From a virus (Duplodnaviria > Caudoviricetes), in IMG/VR virus record IMGVR_UViG_3300020048_000137, positions 546 through 64,545 of that record: DNA of 64,000 bases. One strand, written 5' to 3'. This document shows, in pieces, positions 10,104-19,953 of this stretch (position 1 is the stretch's first letter; every line of letters starts with the position of its first letter). Under the pieces are notes generated by a model. It ran no database searches, was not told the origin of the DNA, and worked only from the letters and a program-made list of their open reading frames with translations. A program made the translations under genes and the position numbers.

Positions 10104-10385
10104 ATGGACTGGCTCACAAATGAAATAAAAACCCTACTCGCTGGCGGATTCTTTGGCACGGCGGTTCGCGTTATGCTCAAGCCTGATAAATGCTGGCGAC
10201 AATGGGTGATCCAGATGTTTGTAGGACTTACCGCCGCCATTTTCATCGGACAGATTCTCGGGCATTTGATAATCTCAGCGGTCGGGCGTGAAGCCGCAAG
10301 CGCCGCTTACTACGCGGCAGGATACATCATCGGCACTGCTGCCGAAAAGGTCATCGAAAAGATCCAAGCGAAATTCCTCAACTGA
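10104..10385 (+). CDS. Putative holin
   Basis: 93 aa, 2-3 hydrophobic helices, adjacent to endolysin. Confidence 0.6.
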   Translation: MDWLTNEIKTLLAGGFFGTAVRVMLKPDKCWRQWVIQMFVGLTAAIFIGQILGHLIISAVGREAASAAYYAAGYIIGTAAEKVIEKIQAKFLN

Positions 10386-10660
10386 TGTCAGAGATCATCC
10401 AGCAGCTTTCGCTTCACGCGTGTTTCCTGACCGCGTTCGCGATTCTATTGCGTATGCGCCAAGCAAAAGTAAGTCTAAAAGATGGACTGCTTGGAATGCT
10501 CCTGAATCTCGGGATGCTTTCCCTTTCCAGTGCATACCTCCAAAAAGCGTTCTCCCGCATTGACGGCGAACCCGCCTCGCTTATTGACCTGTGGAGGGAA
10601 TGTTCGCTCCTGCTCATCGTCATCATCCGCGTTATCATAGGCGGTAAAGAAAGGAATTGA
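10385..10660 (+). CDS. Membrane protein (holin/antiholin-like)
   Basis: Three hydrophobic segments, basic C-terminus. Confidence 0.45.
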   Translation: MSEIIQQLSLHACFLTAFAILLRMRQAKVSLKDGLLGMLLNLGMLSLSSAYLQKAFSRIDGEPASLIDLWRECSLLLIVIIRVIIGGKERN

Positions 10661-10664
10661 ACTT

Positions 10665-12017
10665 CTACACACTCCTCAAAAGTTGAAGTGCTTTGAGCGC
10701 GTTGAGTAACCCGCTCTGTGTGTCCGACTTGTCTTTCAGTGCCTCAACCACTGCTTCATCGACAGTGCCGGAGCATATAATCCGGTAGATAAGCGTCTCG
10801 GCGGACTGTCCAGTGCGGACAAGACGGGCATTGGTCTGAAGGTACGATTCATTGCTCCATGTCAGGGTCATCCACACGGCGATACGCCCGCCATCCTGAA
10901 GCCCATCAATCCCGTGGCTCATTGACCTTGGGTCACAGACCATAGTGTGAATTTTGCCTTGTCGCCAATTAGGGATGAGGTTCTCGTGGAACGGCACGGA
11001 GCCGGGTATCGCGGCAAGCACCCTCGCCGCCTCGTGCTTGAACGCGGTGAGGACGAGCATCGGCTCCTTGCCGTGCTTCGACCGCAGTTTCTTGAGAGCG
11101 TCGATCTTGGCGGAGTGGACTTCGTTGACAACCCGCTCCTCGCCATACACCGACCCGCTGGTGATCTGGAGCAGCTTGCCCGTGAGTGTGGCTGCGTTCA
11201 ACGCCACGACTTCGGACTTGCGAAGTTGAATGAGAAGCTCTTTCTCCAAGGTTTTGTATGCGACCTTCGCCTCTGGCGGCAGCGCGACCTCGACGTCCTC
11301 AGTGGTGCATGACGGCACGTCGAGGTAGTCATCGCCGAGCATCACGAGGCAAAGGTCGGCGAGCTTGGTGTCGATGGTTTTCTTGGCTCCGGGTTTGATC
11401 GTCCACTTGTAACCCATAAAATCGCTGTCGAAGTATGCCTGTTTGTAGCGTGTGAAGCTGCGACCGAGGCGTTCGCCGTCGTCGAGCAGTTTGATTTGGG
11501 CGAACAGGTCGAGGTAGCTGTTTGGCACCGGGGTTCCCGTGAGTCCGATCCGCTGGGTGAAACGGTCGAGGTGTTTGGATAGAGCCTTGAACCGGACACT
11601 AGACGGGTTCTTCGCCACCGATAGTTCGTCGATCACCAGCATGTCAGCGGGGATGCGCTTCTGCTTCATCATCTGCGGCAGGAGCTTCGGCATCATCTCG
11701 GGGTTGATAAGGTATATGTCGGCGGTTCCGTTCTCCCACGCTTCCATACCTTCCTTAGTCCGCAGGTTGACACACTTCAACCAAGCGGAGTGCTCCCACC
11801 TGCGGACTTGGGTAGGCCAGGTGACAAGTCCTACTCGTATGGGGGCGCATACCAAAACCCCACGACAGCGACCTTCGAGGATGCGGTCGGCGATGATCTT
11901 CAGGGTGACGGGGGTTTTACCTAAACCACAACTACAAAAATACGCGAATGAGTCTCGATTTTCGGCGAAGGAAATCATCTCTAACTGATGAGGGAACGGG
12001 GAAAAAACTTCACTCAT
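10665..12017 (-). CDS. SNF2-family helicase
   Basis: GLGKT Walker A, VIDELS, GLTGTP, QTNARLVRTGQ; start at ATG 12017 overlapping VRR-NUC stop. Confidence 0.9.
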   Translation of the reverse strand: MSEVFSPFPHQLEMISFAENRDSFAYFCSCGLGKTPVTLKIIADRILEGRCRGVLVCAPIRVGLVTWPTQVRRWEHSAWLKCVNLRTKEGMEAWENGTADIYLINPEMMPKLLPQMMKQKRIPADMLVIDELSVAKNPSSVRFKALSKHLDRFTQRIGLTGTPVPNSYLDLFAQIKLLDDGERLGRSFTRYKQAYFDSDFMGYKWTIKPGAKKTIDTKLADLCLVMLGDDYLDVPSCTTEDVEVALPPEAKVAYKTLEKELLIQLRKSEVVALNAATLTGKLLQITSGSVYGEERVVNEVHSAKIDALKKLRSKHGKEPMLVLTAFKHEAARVLAAIPGSVPFHENLIPNWRQGKIHTMVCDPRSMSHGIDGLQDGGRIAVWMTLTWSNESYLQTNARLVRTGQSAETLIYRIICSGTVDEAVVEALKDKSDTQSGLLNALKALQLLRSV

Positions 12018-12289
12018 GGCTCCAACCCCGCAAAGAATTTCTTCCCGTCCTCGAAGTTGTCGATCCAAGTCGCCTTGAACCCTGCTTCGCGGAGATCCTT
12101 GATCCATTTGTTCTGCAACGCCGTCGGCAGTTTCTCTGGTGCCTTGTATTCCACGAACACGGTGACGCCGCGACGGAGATACATCCTGTCCGGCTTGCCC
12201 CGGTCGTGTGTGCCGGACAGCTTCAGTGACATCCACCCCAGTTTTTTCGCATGGGCGGTAACAGCTTTTTCAATGGCTGATTCTCTCAT
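12014..12289 (-). CDS. VRR-NUC domain nuclease
   Basis: MRESAIE...GKPDR...FVEYKAP...LQNKW motifs. Confidence 0.88.
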   Translation of the reverse strand: MRESAIEKAVTAHAKKLGWMSLKLSGTHDRGKPDRMYLRRGVTVFVEYKAPEKLPTALQNKWIKDLREAGFKATWIDNFEDGKKFFAGLEP

Positions 12290-12597
12290 TCTTCGCCCCC
12301 CTTCACAGGTTCCTTCTGCGGAGCCAGTAACCCCATGATCGCATCATCAATCGCACTGCGTTCCCTCTTCTGGATCGCTACGATGAGGTCGTAGCACACG
12401 CCACGGCTGATTGCGGTGAGAGGTGAACGGTTCGAGTTCAGGGCGCGGAACACCTCGATCATCACGGCACGCTTCAGGTCGTCGGTGGACGGATCGGTCT
12501 TGATCCACTGGCGCAGGACGTTTCGGTTCTTGATGTGTCCGAAGATTCGGAGGGTGTCGTCTCGGGAGACTTTCGGTTGGTCGGGGAATATGTTCAT
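12286..12597 (-). CDS. Hypothetical protein
   Basis: Coupled ORF in replication operon. Confidence 0.6.
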   Translation of the reverse strand: MNIFPDQPKVSRDDTLRIFGHIKNRNVLRQWIKTDPSTDDLKRAVMIEVFRALNSNRSPLTAISRGVCYDLIVAIQKRERSAIDDAIMGLLAPQKEPVKGGEE

Positions 12598-12602
12598 GGC
12601 GG

Positions 12603-14726
12603 TTAGGATTTACAGTAGCTTCGCACCACGTCTGTTGTAGCGTCGAGAGGGAATCCCTTGAACCAGTCTGGGACGGTGCAAAGGAGGGCGTTAAACTCCT
12701 CGGGGTTGCCGTGTTCCGGCGCAAGGCATTGGTCGTGGACGACGAAGAACGGTGCGTATCCAACGGTTTCTGTTTGTAGCACACCTTCGACAAGGAGGTC
12801 AACGCCCGTAGCCTGGGTAGCGGATTGCAGACAGTCGCCCCCGTACGTCTTCACCCTGCCATAGTTCACACCCTTAGTGTGGCCGTAGAACGAAAGCTCC
12901 CATGTGTGGAAGTGGCTTCCGTAGCGTAAGCCCGGATTGATGAACGCATCGCCGAACTGGAAATCCTTTCGGATCTGAGCCTCGGTAAGATGCCCAAATG
13001 CCCGCTCCCACCTGTTCAGTGTTCCGTCTTCGTTGTCCACCCGAACCATGGTGATCGGGTCTTTCGCAGGGTAGGGGAGGATGATCTTCCTGCCAGACGG
13101 CAGCCGGACAGCCATGCGCGGGAAGGGGGCTTTCTTGGTGTATCCGTAGGCGACATACTTTCCGGCTTCCTGCCACTGTCCGGGGTTGTCGAGGGCGGCG
13201 GCGAAGGCGTCCGCGAACGTGCGCCATGCTTCAGGAAACTCGGGGTTCTTCTCGCGAATCAGTGACACGACCTTGGCGCACTTGTCCATCGACCATGTTT
13301 TTCCGGTGGCAGTAAACACGGCGTTCTTGCCGCCGCCAAACTGGGTGGCGAGAACCAATGTCTTCCCGTGGTCGCGGGTCAGTGTTTCGCCGAACATGGC
13401 TCCCACGTCGCGGGCGGTGTTGGAATACAGGTCGCCGTCCGTTCCGAACGTGTCGAGGATGCGCTGGCACCCGATAAGCTGGGGGAGAATCTTAGCCTCC
13501 ACGCTCGCGAAGTCCGCGTCTAAAATGTTAAGGTCGTCAAAGCGCACGAAATAGCGGGCGAGGCAGGCGATTACCTTGTAGGGGTTTCCATAGACGCCCT
13601 CAATGTAGGAGAGCGGCACGCCGCTGCGGACATCCTGATACGCGGCCTCGATGTCGTCGCGGAGATCCTTCTCGGGTTTCTTCATGTTCTGCCATTGGGG
13701 TGTTTTGCACGACCATCTTCCGGTCTTCTGCGCCCCGCACCACATGAACGACCCGCGTATCCGCCCGTCGGACATCACGCACTGGAGCATGGAGGGGATC
13801 TTCTTGACGGCGGCGTATGACAGTTCGGCCATGAGGCGCAGCGCCCGCTTGGCCTCGGGGGTCATTGATTCACTCTTTCCGTAAAGCACACGGGATTCCT
13901 TGTTGAGCTTCACCCCTTTGTAGCCGCGCTCCTGCAACCACTTCAGACACTTCGCGTTCTGCGTGGGGGCAAGTCCTGTAATGGTCTTGAACTCCGTGGT
14001 CAGGATGACGCGGTATTCATCGACGAGACTGTTCGCCGCGAGCAGGGCGGGGACATCCACGGGGACACCCCTGTCGTTCATCCGTGCGTCAAGCAGGAAA
14101 GAGTCAAGTTGCCGCCCGGTCAGGGTGAACGGCTCCATCGTTTTTGCCACGAGCATCTCGGTCTCCACGTCCCGGACGCAGTAGCCCACGAACTTCTGGA
14201 ACGCGGTGGCGTCGGTATGCTTCTCCCCGCCCACAGTGTAGGTGTCGGTCGTGTCATGGAACCCACGGAACACGCCGTCCTTCTGCGGTATCGAGAACTT
14301 CCCGATCAGCGGCCCGCCCATCTTATCCTTCTGGATGGGCAGCTTCAGGAACTCGGCGGCACGGGCAAGAGACGGCGGAAGTCCGGCAGCGCGGCACACG
14401 GCGGCGGTGCATCGCATCCGGTTGACATCCGGCACGGGGAAGCCCCACTGGCGGGTCGCCACATACTTCAGGATGGCATACTCGAACTGTGAATTGAAAG
14501 CGTGGATCTCCCAGCTTTCGGTAATCGCCTGATACAAAATGTTGAGAGCGTCGTTCGTGGCTACGCGCTGCCGTGCGTCCCATGTGAGGATAGCACCCCC
14601 GTTGTGCGACACCGCCACAATGAGTATCTCCGTGCTTGCGTCCTCGGCGTAGCGGAACGCTCCCACACTCCTGATGTCGGCGCTGCTGCGGGTCTCGAAG
14701 TCCAGATTGATGCGGTTCATGCTCAC
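12603..14726 (-). CDS. Family A DNA polymerase with 3'-5' exonuclease
   Basis: Exo I LDFET; motif A DADFASVEAK; motif B RDHGKTLVLATQFG; motif C VHDQ. Confidence 0.92.
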   Translation of the reverse strand: MSMNRINLDFETRSSADIRSVGAFRYAEDASTEILIVAVSHNGGAILTWDARQRVATNDALNILYQAITESWEIHAFNSQFEYAILKYVATRQWGFPVPDVNRMRCTAAVCRAAGLPPSLARAAEFLKLPIQKDKMGGPLIGKFSIPQKDGVFRGFHDTTDTYTVGGEKHTDATAFQKFVGYCVRDVETEMLVAKTMEPFTLTGRQLDSFLLDARMNDRGVPVDVPALLAANSLVDEYRVILTTEFKTITGLAPTQNAKCLKWLQERGYKGVKLNKESRVLYGKSESMTPEAKRALRLMAELSYAAVKKIPSMLQCVMSDGRIRGSFMWCGAQKTGRWSCKTPQWQNMKKPEKDLRDDIEAAYQDVRSGVPLSYIEGVYGNPYKVIACLARYFVRFDDLNILDADFASVEAKILPQLIGCQRILDTFGTDGDLYSNTARDVGAMFGETLTRDHGKTLVLATQFGGGKNAVFTATGKTWSMDKCAKVVSLIREKNPEFPEAWRTFADAFAAALDNPGQWQEAGKYVAYGYTKKAPFPRMAVRLPSGRKIILPYPAKDPITMVRVDNEDGTLNRWERAFGHLTEAQIRKDFQFGDAFINPGLRYGSHFHTWELSFYGHTKGVNYGRVKTYGGDCLQSATQATGVDLLVEGVLQTETVGYAPFFVVHDQCLAPEHGNPEEFNALLCTVPDWFKGFPLDATTDVVRSYCKS

Positions 14727-14788
14727 CCGAAAACCCGCGCCCCCATTTTCAGGAGACGCGGGTGGGTCAATCAGGGTTTCCCCGTCAC

Positions 14789-15343
14789 TTAAATGTCGTC
14801 GTCCTCGTCCTCCAGTGATGGCATGACATCCGCTGCGCGAGGTGCCGATCCGCCGAACGGTTCGTCGTCCTTCACGAACTGCACGATCTCAAGCCCACAG
14901 CAGACCTTGCCCCATGTCGGCGACCAGTACACCGAGATGAGGAAATTACACCAGCATCCGGCATACGGTTTCCCATCGGTTTCGTGTAGCGGGGTGCGAC
15001 CGTCACGGTCAACAATCTGCGGGCGACCCTGCGACTCGTTGCGGTTTGCGCTGATGACCCAGAAACCCTTGGAGTTCTCGTCGCCGTCCTCACCGTCGCC
15101 GTCCTTGATAAACAGGTCTGCCGCTTTGGGCATCTTGCCCTTCAGGTGCGTCTTGACAATGCGTTCAAGTTCGGCGTCGAACTGCCCCTTGGTTTTGGTG
15201 TCGGACTTCGGAAGCATGATCTGGCATCCGTAGCGGGGTTTGTTGGCGGGGTTGTTCTTGTAAGGAACCGGGCGATACAGCTTTGGGTAGCCGAGGCGGG
15301 ATTTGGGGGTAAGAATTTGACCCTCTTTCAGTTGTGTACTCAT
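14789..15343 (-). CDS. ssDNA-binding protein, DUF2815-like
   Basis: RLGYPKLY, PYAGCWCN, GLEIVQFVKDDEPFGG, acidic tail; typical DUF2800-DUF2815-PolA order. Confidence 0.85.
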   Translation of the reverse strand: MSTQLKEGQILTPKSRLGYPKLYRPVPYKNNPANKPRYGCQIMLPKSDTKTKGQFDAELERIVKTHLKGKMPKAADLFIKDGDGEDGDENSKGFWVISANRNESQGRPQIVDRDGRTPLHETDGKPYAGCWCNFLISVYWSPTWGKVCCGLEIVQFVKDDEPFGGSAPRAADVMPSLEDEDDDI

Positions 15344-15420
15344 TTTCGTATTTTCTGTTTTTGTTGTTGCGCGGAGTCTTTGGGAACCCCCACCCGCTCC
15401 GCACGGGTGGGGGAGATTGT

Positions 15421-15633
15421 TCAGTTGTGGAACGTGACCACGCTATCGTTCGGAAATGCTGCGCTGCACATGCACTCTTTGAAATTTGCAGCTTGCAATG
15501 AGTCTAGGTTAAAGGTTTCCGATTTCCCAGCCTCGACTTGAATCATCACAGGGGTTGCCCCATTAGCATTTCCAAGCTCAGCATAGACGCCATTAGCCTG
15601 CGGTGCTGTCCAAGTAATTGTTTGCGTGTTCAT
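15421..15633 (-). CDS. Small hypothetical protein (AT-richer insertion)
   Basis: 70-aa ORF overlapping upstream stop, followed by a hairpin at ~15385-15415. Confidence 0.5.
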   Translation of the reverse strand: MNTQTITWTAPQANGVYAELGNANGATPVMIQVEAGKSETFNLDSLQAANFKECMCSAAFPNDSVVTFHN

Positions 15634-17240
15634 ACCTCGTAGTCCCCCTCGTTCGGCATTATCTCACCCGGCGTCGGCAATGCGGGTCGCTTGTCCTCGG
15701 CAGGCACCAGCACGGGGCGTCCCTCGCTCCGTGAGACGAGAGCCTCGAACCTGTTCCGCGTGCGGGCGTTCTTGAGCTTCTCCTTGAGCGCGGCCTCAAT
15801 CTGAGCGGGGGTCTTGAGCTTGATGGTACAACGCTCGTCTTGTTTAAGACCTTGACGACGTGCGAAACCCTCGGCCTCGTCCTCGTTCGCCCATGTCCTG
15901 TTGCCCGGACGACCTTGCACATACTTAAACCCGAGTCGGGTGAGTGTGTCCACGTCGAGGTGGGCGAGGTAGTCCTCCACGTCACCAAGCCACTTTTCAA
16001 TCCTTGTGCGGTTCTTCAGCGCGGCGGCGAGGAACTCCAGCTTCAGGGTCTCCCCGTCCTTTGCGACAAGCTCGTCGATGACGATCTCCATGTCGAGAAC
16101 CTCGGCGGTCATGTCCGGCATGACGGCGAGCATGTCGGTGTGGCCTGATGTGTTGTGGGCGTGGCGGACTCCGCAGAATGCTTTCGCACGGCACCAGCGG
16201 CAGCTTCCGCCGTCGCCGTCCTGCGGGACGAACTCAGCGTGGGGTGCCGAATACTCGTGGATGAAACCGACGACCTCGTCAGGTGACACATTGACACCTT
16301 CACTCAGATCCTCCCTGCGAATAATCTCGACAGCCTGTGTGGCAACTTTCGCTTTCTCTTCAATCTCCGCGCAGAACTTCCGGAACTCTGAGAGCGGTAG
16401 CACCCAAGGGTCGTCGTCCTCGGCCATGTGGTGCCGGGGCTGGACGACCTTGATGTCGATGACCGTGTCGTCGGTGAAGTCGTAAATGTCCTCCAGATGT
16501 TTGATGAGGGAGTAGGCGTAGATCGCAAGCTGGGTGTTCCCCTCGCTCGTGACGAGGACTCCGGCACCGTGCTTGTAATCGCGGATCACGACTCGCTCGT
16601 CCATGATAACTGCGAAGTCGCAAGTTCCGGTGCTGTCAGATTGGTAGAACAGCGGGCATTGAACCTCCACCTCATACCTCACGCCATTGGGGACGAGGGC
16701 GAGGCAGTGTGCCACGTATTCACCGATGGATTCCCGCATCTCAGCAGGGACTTCGTCGAGGGTTTTCTTCTTCAGGAGAACGTCGGCTGCGTGGTCGTGG
16801 GCAACGGTGCCCTCATGGGAGTAGATCGACGACGTGTCCTCAGGGATCAGATGCTTGTTCGCTTCGCAGTATGCCAGTGCGGCGGTGCAGGTCGCCCAGG
16901 TTTTAGAGTGCGACGGGGCAAGACGTGCGTGAGTGTTGTGACTGCCGGAGGTTCCAGCCTCGGGTTTGTCTAACGACTCGTCGCGGACAATGTCACCTAC
17001 GTAGGTGGCATCAGTCTCGTCCGAGTAATCGGTATCCGGCACGATCCGCACCCCGTCACGCCTCACCTCGGCTCCCGCCTCGATGGAATTCTGGAGCATG
17101 GTGTCAAATATCTCGCGGGGATGGGTCAGGGTCATGCCGTTGTAGATGCACTTCGCGGTGGCCTTGGTCAGCGTCGTGATAACAAGGGGCTTGAAACCTT
17201 CGCGGATCAGGCTGTCGTTCTCTTTAGGCTCGTATTTCAT
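15630..17240 (-). CDS. PD-(D/E)XK exonuclease, DUF2800/Cas4-like, with N-terminal extension
   Basis: HARLAPSHSKTW, EGTVAH, GTCDFAV, IRDYKHG, TQLAIYA, CRWC. Confidence 0.85.
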   Translation of the reverse strand: MKYEPKENDSLIREGFKPLVITTLTKATAKCIYNGMTLTHPREIFDTMLQNSIEAGAEVRRDGVRIVPDTDYSDETDATYVGDIVRDESLDKPEAGTSGSHNTHARLAPSHSKTWATCTAALAYCEANKHLIPEDTSSIYSHEGTVAHDHAADVLLKKKTLDEVPAEMRESIGEYVAHCLALVPNGVRYEVEVQCPLFYQSDSTGTCDFAVIMDERVVIRDYKHGAGVLVTSEGNTQLAIYAYSLIKHLEDIYDFTDDTVIDIKVVQPRHHMAEDDDPWVLPLSEFRKFCAEIEEKAKVATQAVEIIRREDLSEGVNVSPDEVVGFIHEYSAPHAEFVPQDGDGGSCRWCRAKAFCGVRHAHNTSGHTDMLAVMPDMTAEVLDMEIVIDELVAKDGETLKLEFLAAALKNRTRIEKWLGDVEDYLAHLDVDTLTRLGFKYVQGRPGNRTWANEDEAEGFARRQGLKQDERCTIKLKTPAQIEAALKEKLKNARTRNRFEALVSRSEGRPVLVPAEDKRPALPTPGEIMPNEGDYEV

Positions 17241-17525
17241 GGTTTCATTGTGGCGGTTCACAAGTATTTCAATTTCTGTGGGAGGAATGCAACGTCTGCG
17301 ATCATACGCCCCGTGTAAAGATTGTGATCTGTTAACCATGCGATCTGTGAAGGGTGGTAACGATTTGACGGCGGACGACTCCGACAGATAGATCCGCTAC
17401 ATTTTATTGTCCTATTCTGCTCGGGAATATAAGTAATCGTAGTCTTCATGCTGTTAATATGTATATGGTTATCGGTGTAATCACAAAAAGAATTATTGCC
17501 GCTAGTGTGTCTTGGATTATAGCTC

Positions 17526-17834
17526 TCATTTAGCAAGTGTTTCGGGTGGCCACGCGGCGATGATGATGTCGATTGTTGCGGCGTTGCCTGTCATATCAAA
17601 CCGCAGTTTGTTTATCGCAGCAATCGTCGAACGCCATCCTGCCTCGGCGGTTCCGACACAGGCGGCGAAATAGTTGGTAACTTCAGGCGTGTCGTCAAAG
17701 TCCACCCAAGCAGAAAAATTGACACTCATGTATTTACCCATTCTCTCTATGTCTTTTATTCTTGCTTTGTCAGCGAGTGCTAGGAGTTCATTGCAGCGGG
17801 CTATGATTGCGTCTAAGTGTTCGATGGTTGTCAT
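17526..17834 (-). CDS. Hypothetical protein
   Basis: MTTIEHLDAIIARC..., coupled to upstream gene. Confidence 0.55.
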   Translation of the reverse strand: MTTIEHLDAIIARCNELLALADKARIKDIERMGKYMSVNFSAWVDFDDTPEVTNYFAACVGTAEAGWRSTIAAINKLRFDMTGNAATIDIIIAAWPPETLAK

Positions 17835-18058
17835 GGTTTCCAAAGGTTCTCCCATTGATGATCCTTTACCCACATATATTGCCCATCGTGGAACTTCCAC
17901 CCGCAAGCCTCCGCAATCGCGATTCGTTGTGCTTCTGGGGTCATTTTTGCCTTGTCCATAAGTGCTTGCTTGTTTTCTGCGTCAATTTCTTGTTGCAGCT
18001 TGTATTCTTTCGCGAGTCCCATGTCGTCGCAGTCGGGGTATCCGTTTGTGGTTGTCAT
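17831..18058 (-). CDS. Hypothetical protein
   Basis: MTTTNGYPD...QRIAIAEACGW; start moved to ATG 18058. Confidence 0.55.
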   Translation of the reverse strand: MTTTNGYPDCDDMGLAKEYKLQQEIDAENKQALMDKAKMTPEAQRIAIAEACGWKFHDGQYMWVKDHQWENLWKP

Positions 18059-18099
18059 TTTGTTCGGTTTTGTTCTTTGTTTGTAATGTATTGATGCTA

Positions 18100-18164
18100 A
18101 GAGACTTAGCGAGCGCACGTTTGTAGTGAAATCTTCCTATGGTTGTCATAACAACTTGTTGTGC
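18100..18164 (+). repeat. Array-start half-site, copy 1
   Basis: 54/61 identical to 26958-27018; ends in core GTT. Confidence 0.85.
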
Positions 18165-18457
18165 CAATGAATCTCGCATTCACGTTGCGCGAGTTCCTTT
18201 GACATGTTTGGACGTGGAGCGTTGTTCGGAATATACTCGTATCCTCCGCCGTTGGCAGGAGAGACAACAGCAACCCACCCTGAGTCTCCCGCCGATTTAA
18301 TGACCGAGTAAGTGGTTCCGCAGGGTGTTTTTGCAACCCACATCGGGTTAGCTGTCGCGCAGTCAGTCCATTCTAAAGAAGATGCACAACAAGCCGCAGC
18401 ACGCGGACTTCGAGGAAGTTGGCTCGCAAGATTGGGGGTGTCGGAGATTTCAGTCAT
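18146..18457 (-). CDS. Cassette-borne hypothetical protein starting inside attC
   Basis: ATG in attC loop, reads through inverse core (RAAACCAS), stops at TGA within the half-site. Confidence 0.65.
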   Translation of the reverse strand: MTEISDTPNLASQLPRSPRAAACCASSLEWTDCATANPMWVAKTPCGTTYSVIKSAGDSGWVAVVSPANGGGYEYIPNNAPRPNMSKELAQRECEIHWHNKLL

Positions 18458-18514
18458 TTCGTTTTTTTTTGTTGTTGGTTACGGCCTCGCAGCCCGTGTG
18501 CTTAGACGTTAGCC
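18384..18514 (+). repeat. attC-like site
   Basis: GCACAACAAG...CAGCACGCGG / CCCGTGTGCT...GACGTTAGCC imperfect inverted repeat. Confidence 0.8.
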
Positions 18515-18548
18515 GGAGAACGGAAGACCCACTCTCCGGCTTGGTTGG

Positions 18549-18737
18549 TTATTCCGTCACGGGTGGTTCCGTCTTCCATCCGCCAGCTGGTGGCATGGCG
18601 ACGAGCGCGTTGCGGCTTTCAATGCGGGCGCACGCCGAAGCGATTGCCATGTAGTCGGCCACGTCTTCGGGGTTGAGATTGCCGACGGACATTCCGTATG
18701 CCAACTCCCGTATCTCTTTCAGTTGTTCTGGTGTCAT
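18549..18737 (-). CDS. Cassette-borne hypothetical protein
   Basis: MTPEQLKEIRELAYGMSV... Confidence 0.55.
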   Translation of the reverse strand: MTPEQLKEIRELAYGMSVGNLNPEDVADYMAIASACARIESRNALVAMPPAGGWKTEPPVTE

Positions 18738-18770
18738 ATGTTTATTTGGTTTTTCCGACGCACCCCCAAC

Positions 18771-18857
18771 GGCTAACAAGACGGTGATGGGAACGGCGAG
18801 AAAGTCTATTGTCGGGGCGGAGTCTTGGGGTCGCCGTCCCATACCTCTGCGTTAGGT
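18771..18857 (+). repeat. attC-like site
   Basis: GGCTAACAAG...GATGGGAACGGCGA / TCGCCGTCCCATAC...GCGTTAGGT. Confidence 0.85.
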
Positions 18858-19010
18858 GGAGAGAATCATGTGAACGATTACCGCGCCTGCGAACGCACAC
18901 ATGAGGTTCATGCCGCCAGGAACCTTCATCACTCTTGGTGACAAGGCTCCGATAAATTCGGGAATCATCCAGCCCGTGCAGGCTCCCGCAATGCAATATA
19001 GTATGGTCAT
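18852..19010 (-). CDS. Cassette-borne 52-aa membrane peptide (not in ORF track)
   Basis: MTILYCIAGACTGWMIPEFIG...HMILST; stop TAA is the TTA of the core site. Confidence 0.55.
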   Translation of the reverse strand: MTILYCIAGACTGWMIPEFIGALSPRVMKVPGGMNLMCAFAGAVIVHMILST

Positions 19011-19045
19011 TTTTTCTTTTGGTTCGGTGTTTGAGATAGGTTCGC

Positions 19046-19135
19046 GCCTAACAAGCGGATCGTGGCGACGGCGAGCAAGCCGTCAGATGTGGTTGGGAGT
19101 CTGATTCCGCCGCCGCCACATCCCTTGCGTTAGCG
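19046..19135 (+). repeat. attC-like site
   Basis: GCCTAACAAG...GATCGTGGCGACGGCG / CGCCGCCGCCACATC...GCGTTAGCG. Confidence 0.85.
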
Positions 19136-19525
19136 AAACCTCGCTTCGGTGATGTATAGGCCATCGGAAAACCTCCCTTTGCGGTATCGCACTAGAACTT
19201 TCTGCCCCGTTTGAGCTTCGTCGTGAGTGCGCTCTGAGACTGTTACACTGTCGGAAAGCTCACCCACCCGCATTACTACAGCCCAGCTTTCTGGATGGTA
19301 GATGAACTGAGTCCACCCGCCTCCGTTGCCGTTGCTGTGATAGATAGTCTGCACCCATGCGGGGCTGTAGTTGTGCCCGCAGACTTCGGCGGTGCCTTCA
19401 CGGTCATCAATGAACCATGAGTCAGCGGCACGGAATACACCCCAGCAAACCAGCCAGAGAACGACAGCCACACAAGCGGCCATCAAGAGAGCTAATAGCT
19501 TTTCGAGCCAATCGCCTTTGAGCAT
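19130..19525 (-). CDS. Cassette-borne membrane-anchored protein
   Basis: N-terminal hydrophobic helix then beta-rich (OB-like) domain; stop within core site. Confidence 0.6.
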   Translation of the reverse strand: MLKGDWLEKLLALLMAACVAVVLWLVCWGVFRAADSWFIDDREGTAEVCGHNYSPAWVQTIYHSNGNGGGWTQFIYHPESWAVVMRVGELSDSVTVSERTHDEAQTGQKVLVRYRKGRFSDGLYITEARFR

Positions 19526-19546
19526 GTCGAGAAAATCGGAAATCAT

Positions 19547-19637
19547 CGCTAACAAGAAAAATGCAGACAACCGCCGAGGGGCGTCTGCTGTGTTGATTTA
19601 CGCCCTCGGCGGCGGTGCCTGATTTTTGACGTTCGCA
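19547..19637 (+). repeat. attC-like site
   Basis: CGCTAACAAG...CAGACAACCGCCGAGGGGCGT / ACGCCCTCGGCGGCGGTGCCTG...GACGTTCGCA. Confidence 0.85.
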
Positions 19638-19885
19638 GGACAAATAATCCATTCTTCGCGCTCGCCAGTCAGCGGCACTCGATAGACGGTCACATCAATC
19701 TTGCATTCGTATTGGTCGCGGACGAGTTTCCCAGCCTGTTTCTTGGACTTCGCGGCAACATATTTCCACCATCCTCCCTTGAATGTCTCGTCGGACACGT
19801 CATAGACCAGTGCCTTATACAGCCTCAAAACCTGCGAACAAGGCGTCGCTGATAACGGGGACTCGCCCCGAGTTGAAGTTTTCAT
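19598..19885 (-). CDS. Cassette-borne hypothetical protein starting and ending inside attC sites
   Basis: MKTSTRGESPLSATPCSQ... to ...CPANVKNQAPPPRA. Confidence 0.6.
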   Translation of the reverse strand: MKTSTRGESPLSATPCSQVLRLYKALVYDVSDETFKGGWWKYVAAKSKKQAGKLVRDQYECKIDVTVYRVPLTGEREEWIICPANVKNQAPPPRA

Positions 19886-19953
19886 TTTGGTTTGGTAGTT
19901 GTGGGAGCAGTCAGCGGGCGCTCCCGCCCCCGTATCAGGACTCATCGTTCTCA
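19833..19953 (+). repeat. attC-like site
   Basis: TGCGAACAAG...CTGATAACGGGG / CCCCGTATCAG...ATCGTTCTCA with one extrahelical base. Confidence 0.85.

Noticed and set aside
10665-12236. 523-aa start for the helicase
   Set aside because: The first 73 codons overlap VRR-NUC in another frame; ATG 12017 is coupled to the VRR-NUC stop
15630-17240. Cas4-like nuclease as part of a CRISPR-Cas system
   Set aside because: Sits in the standard DUF2800-DUF2815-PolA replication cluster; no cas1/cas2 operon or array
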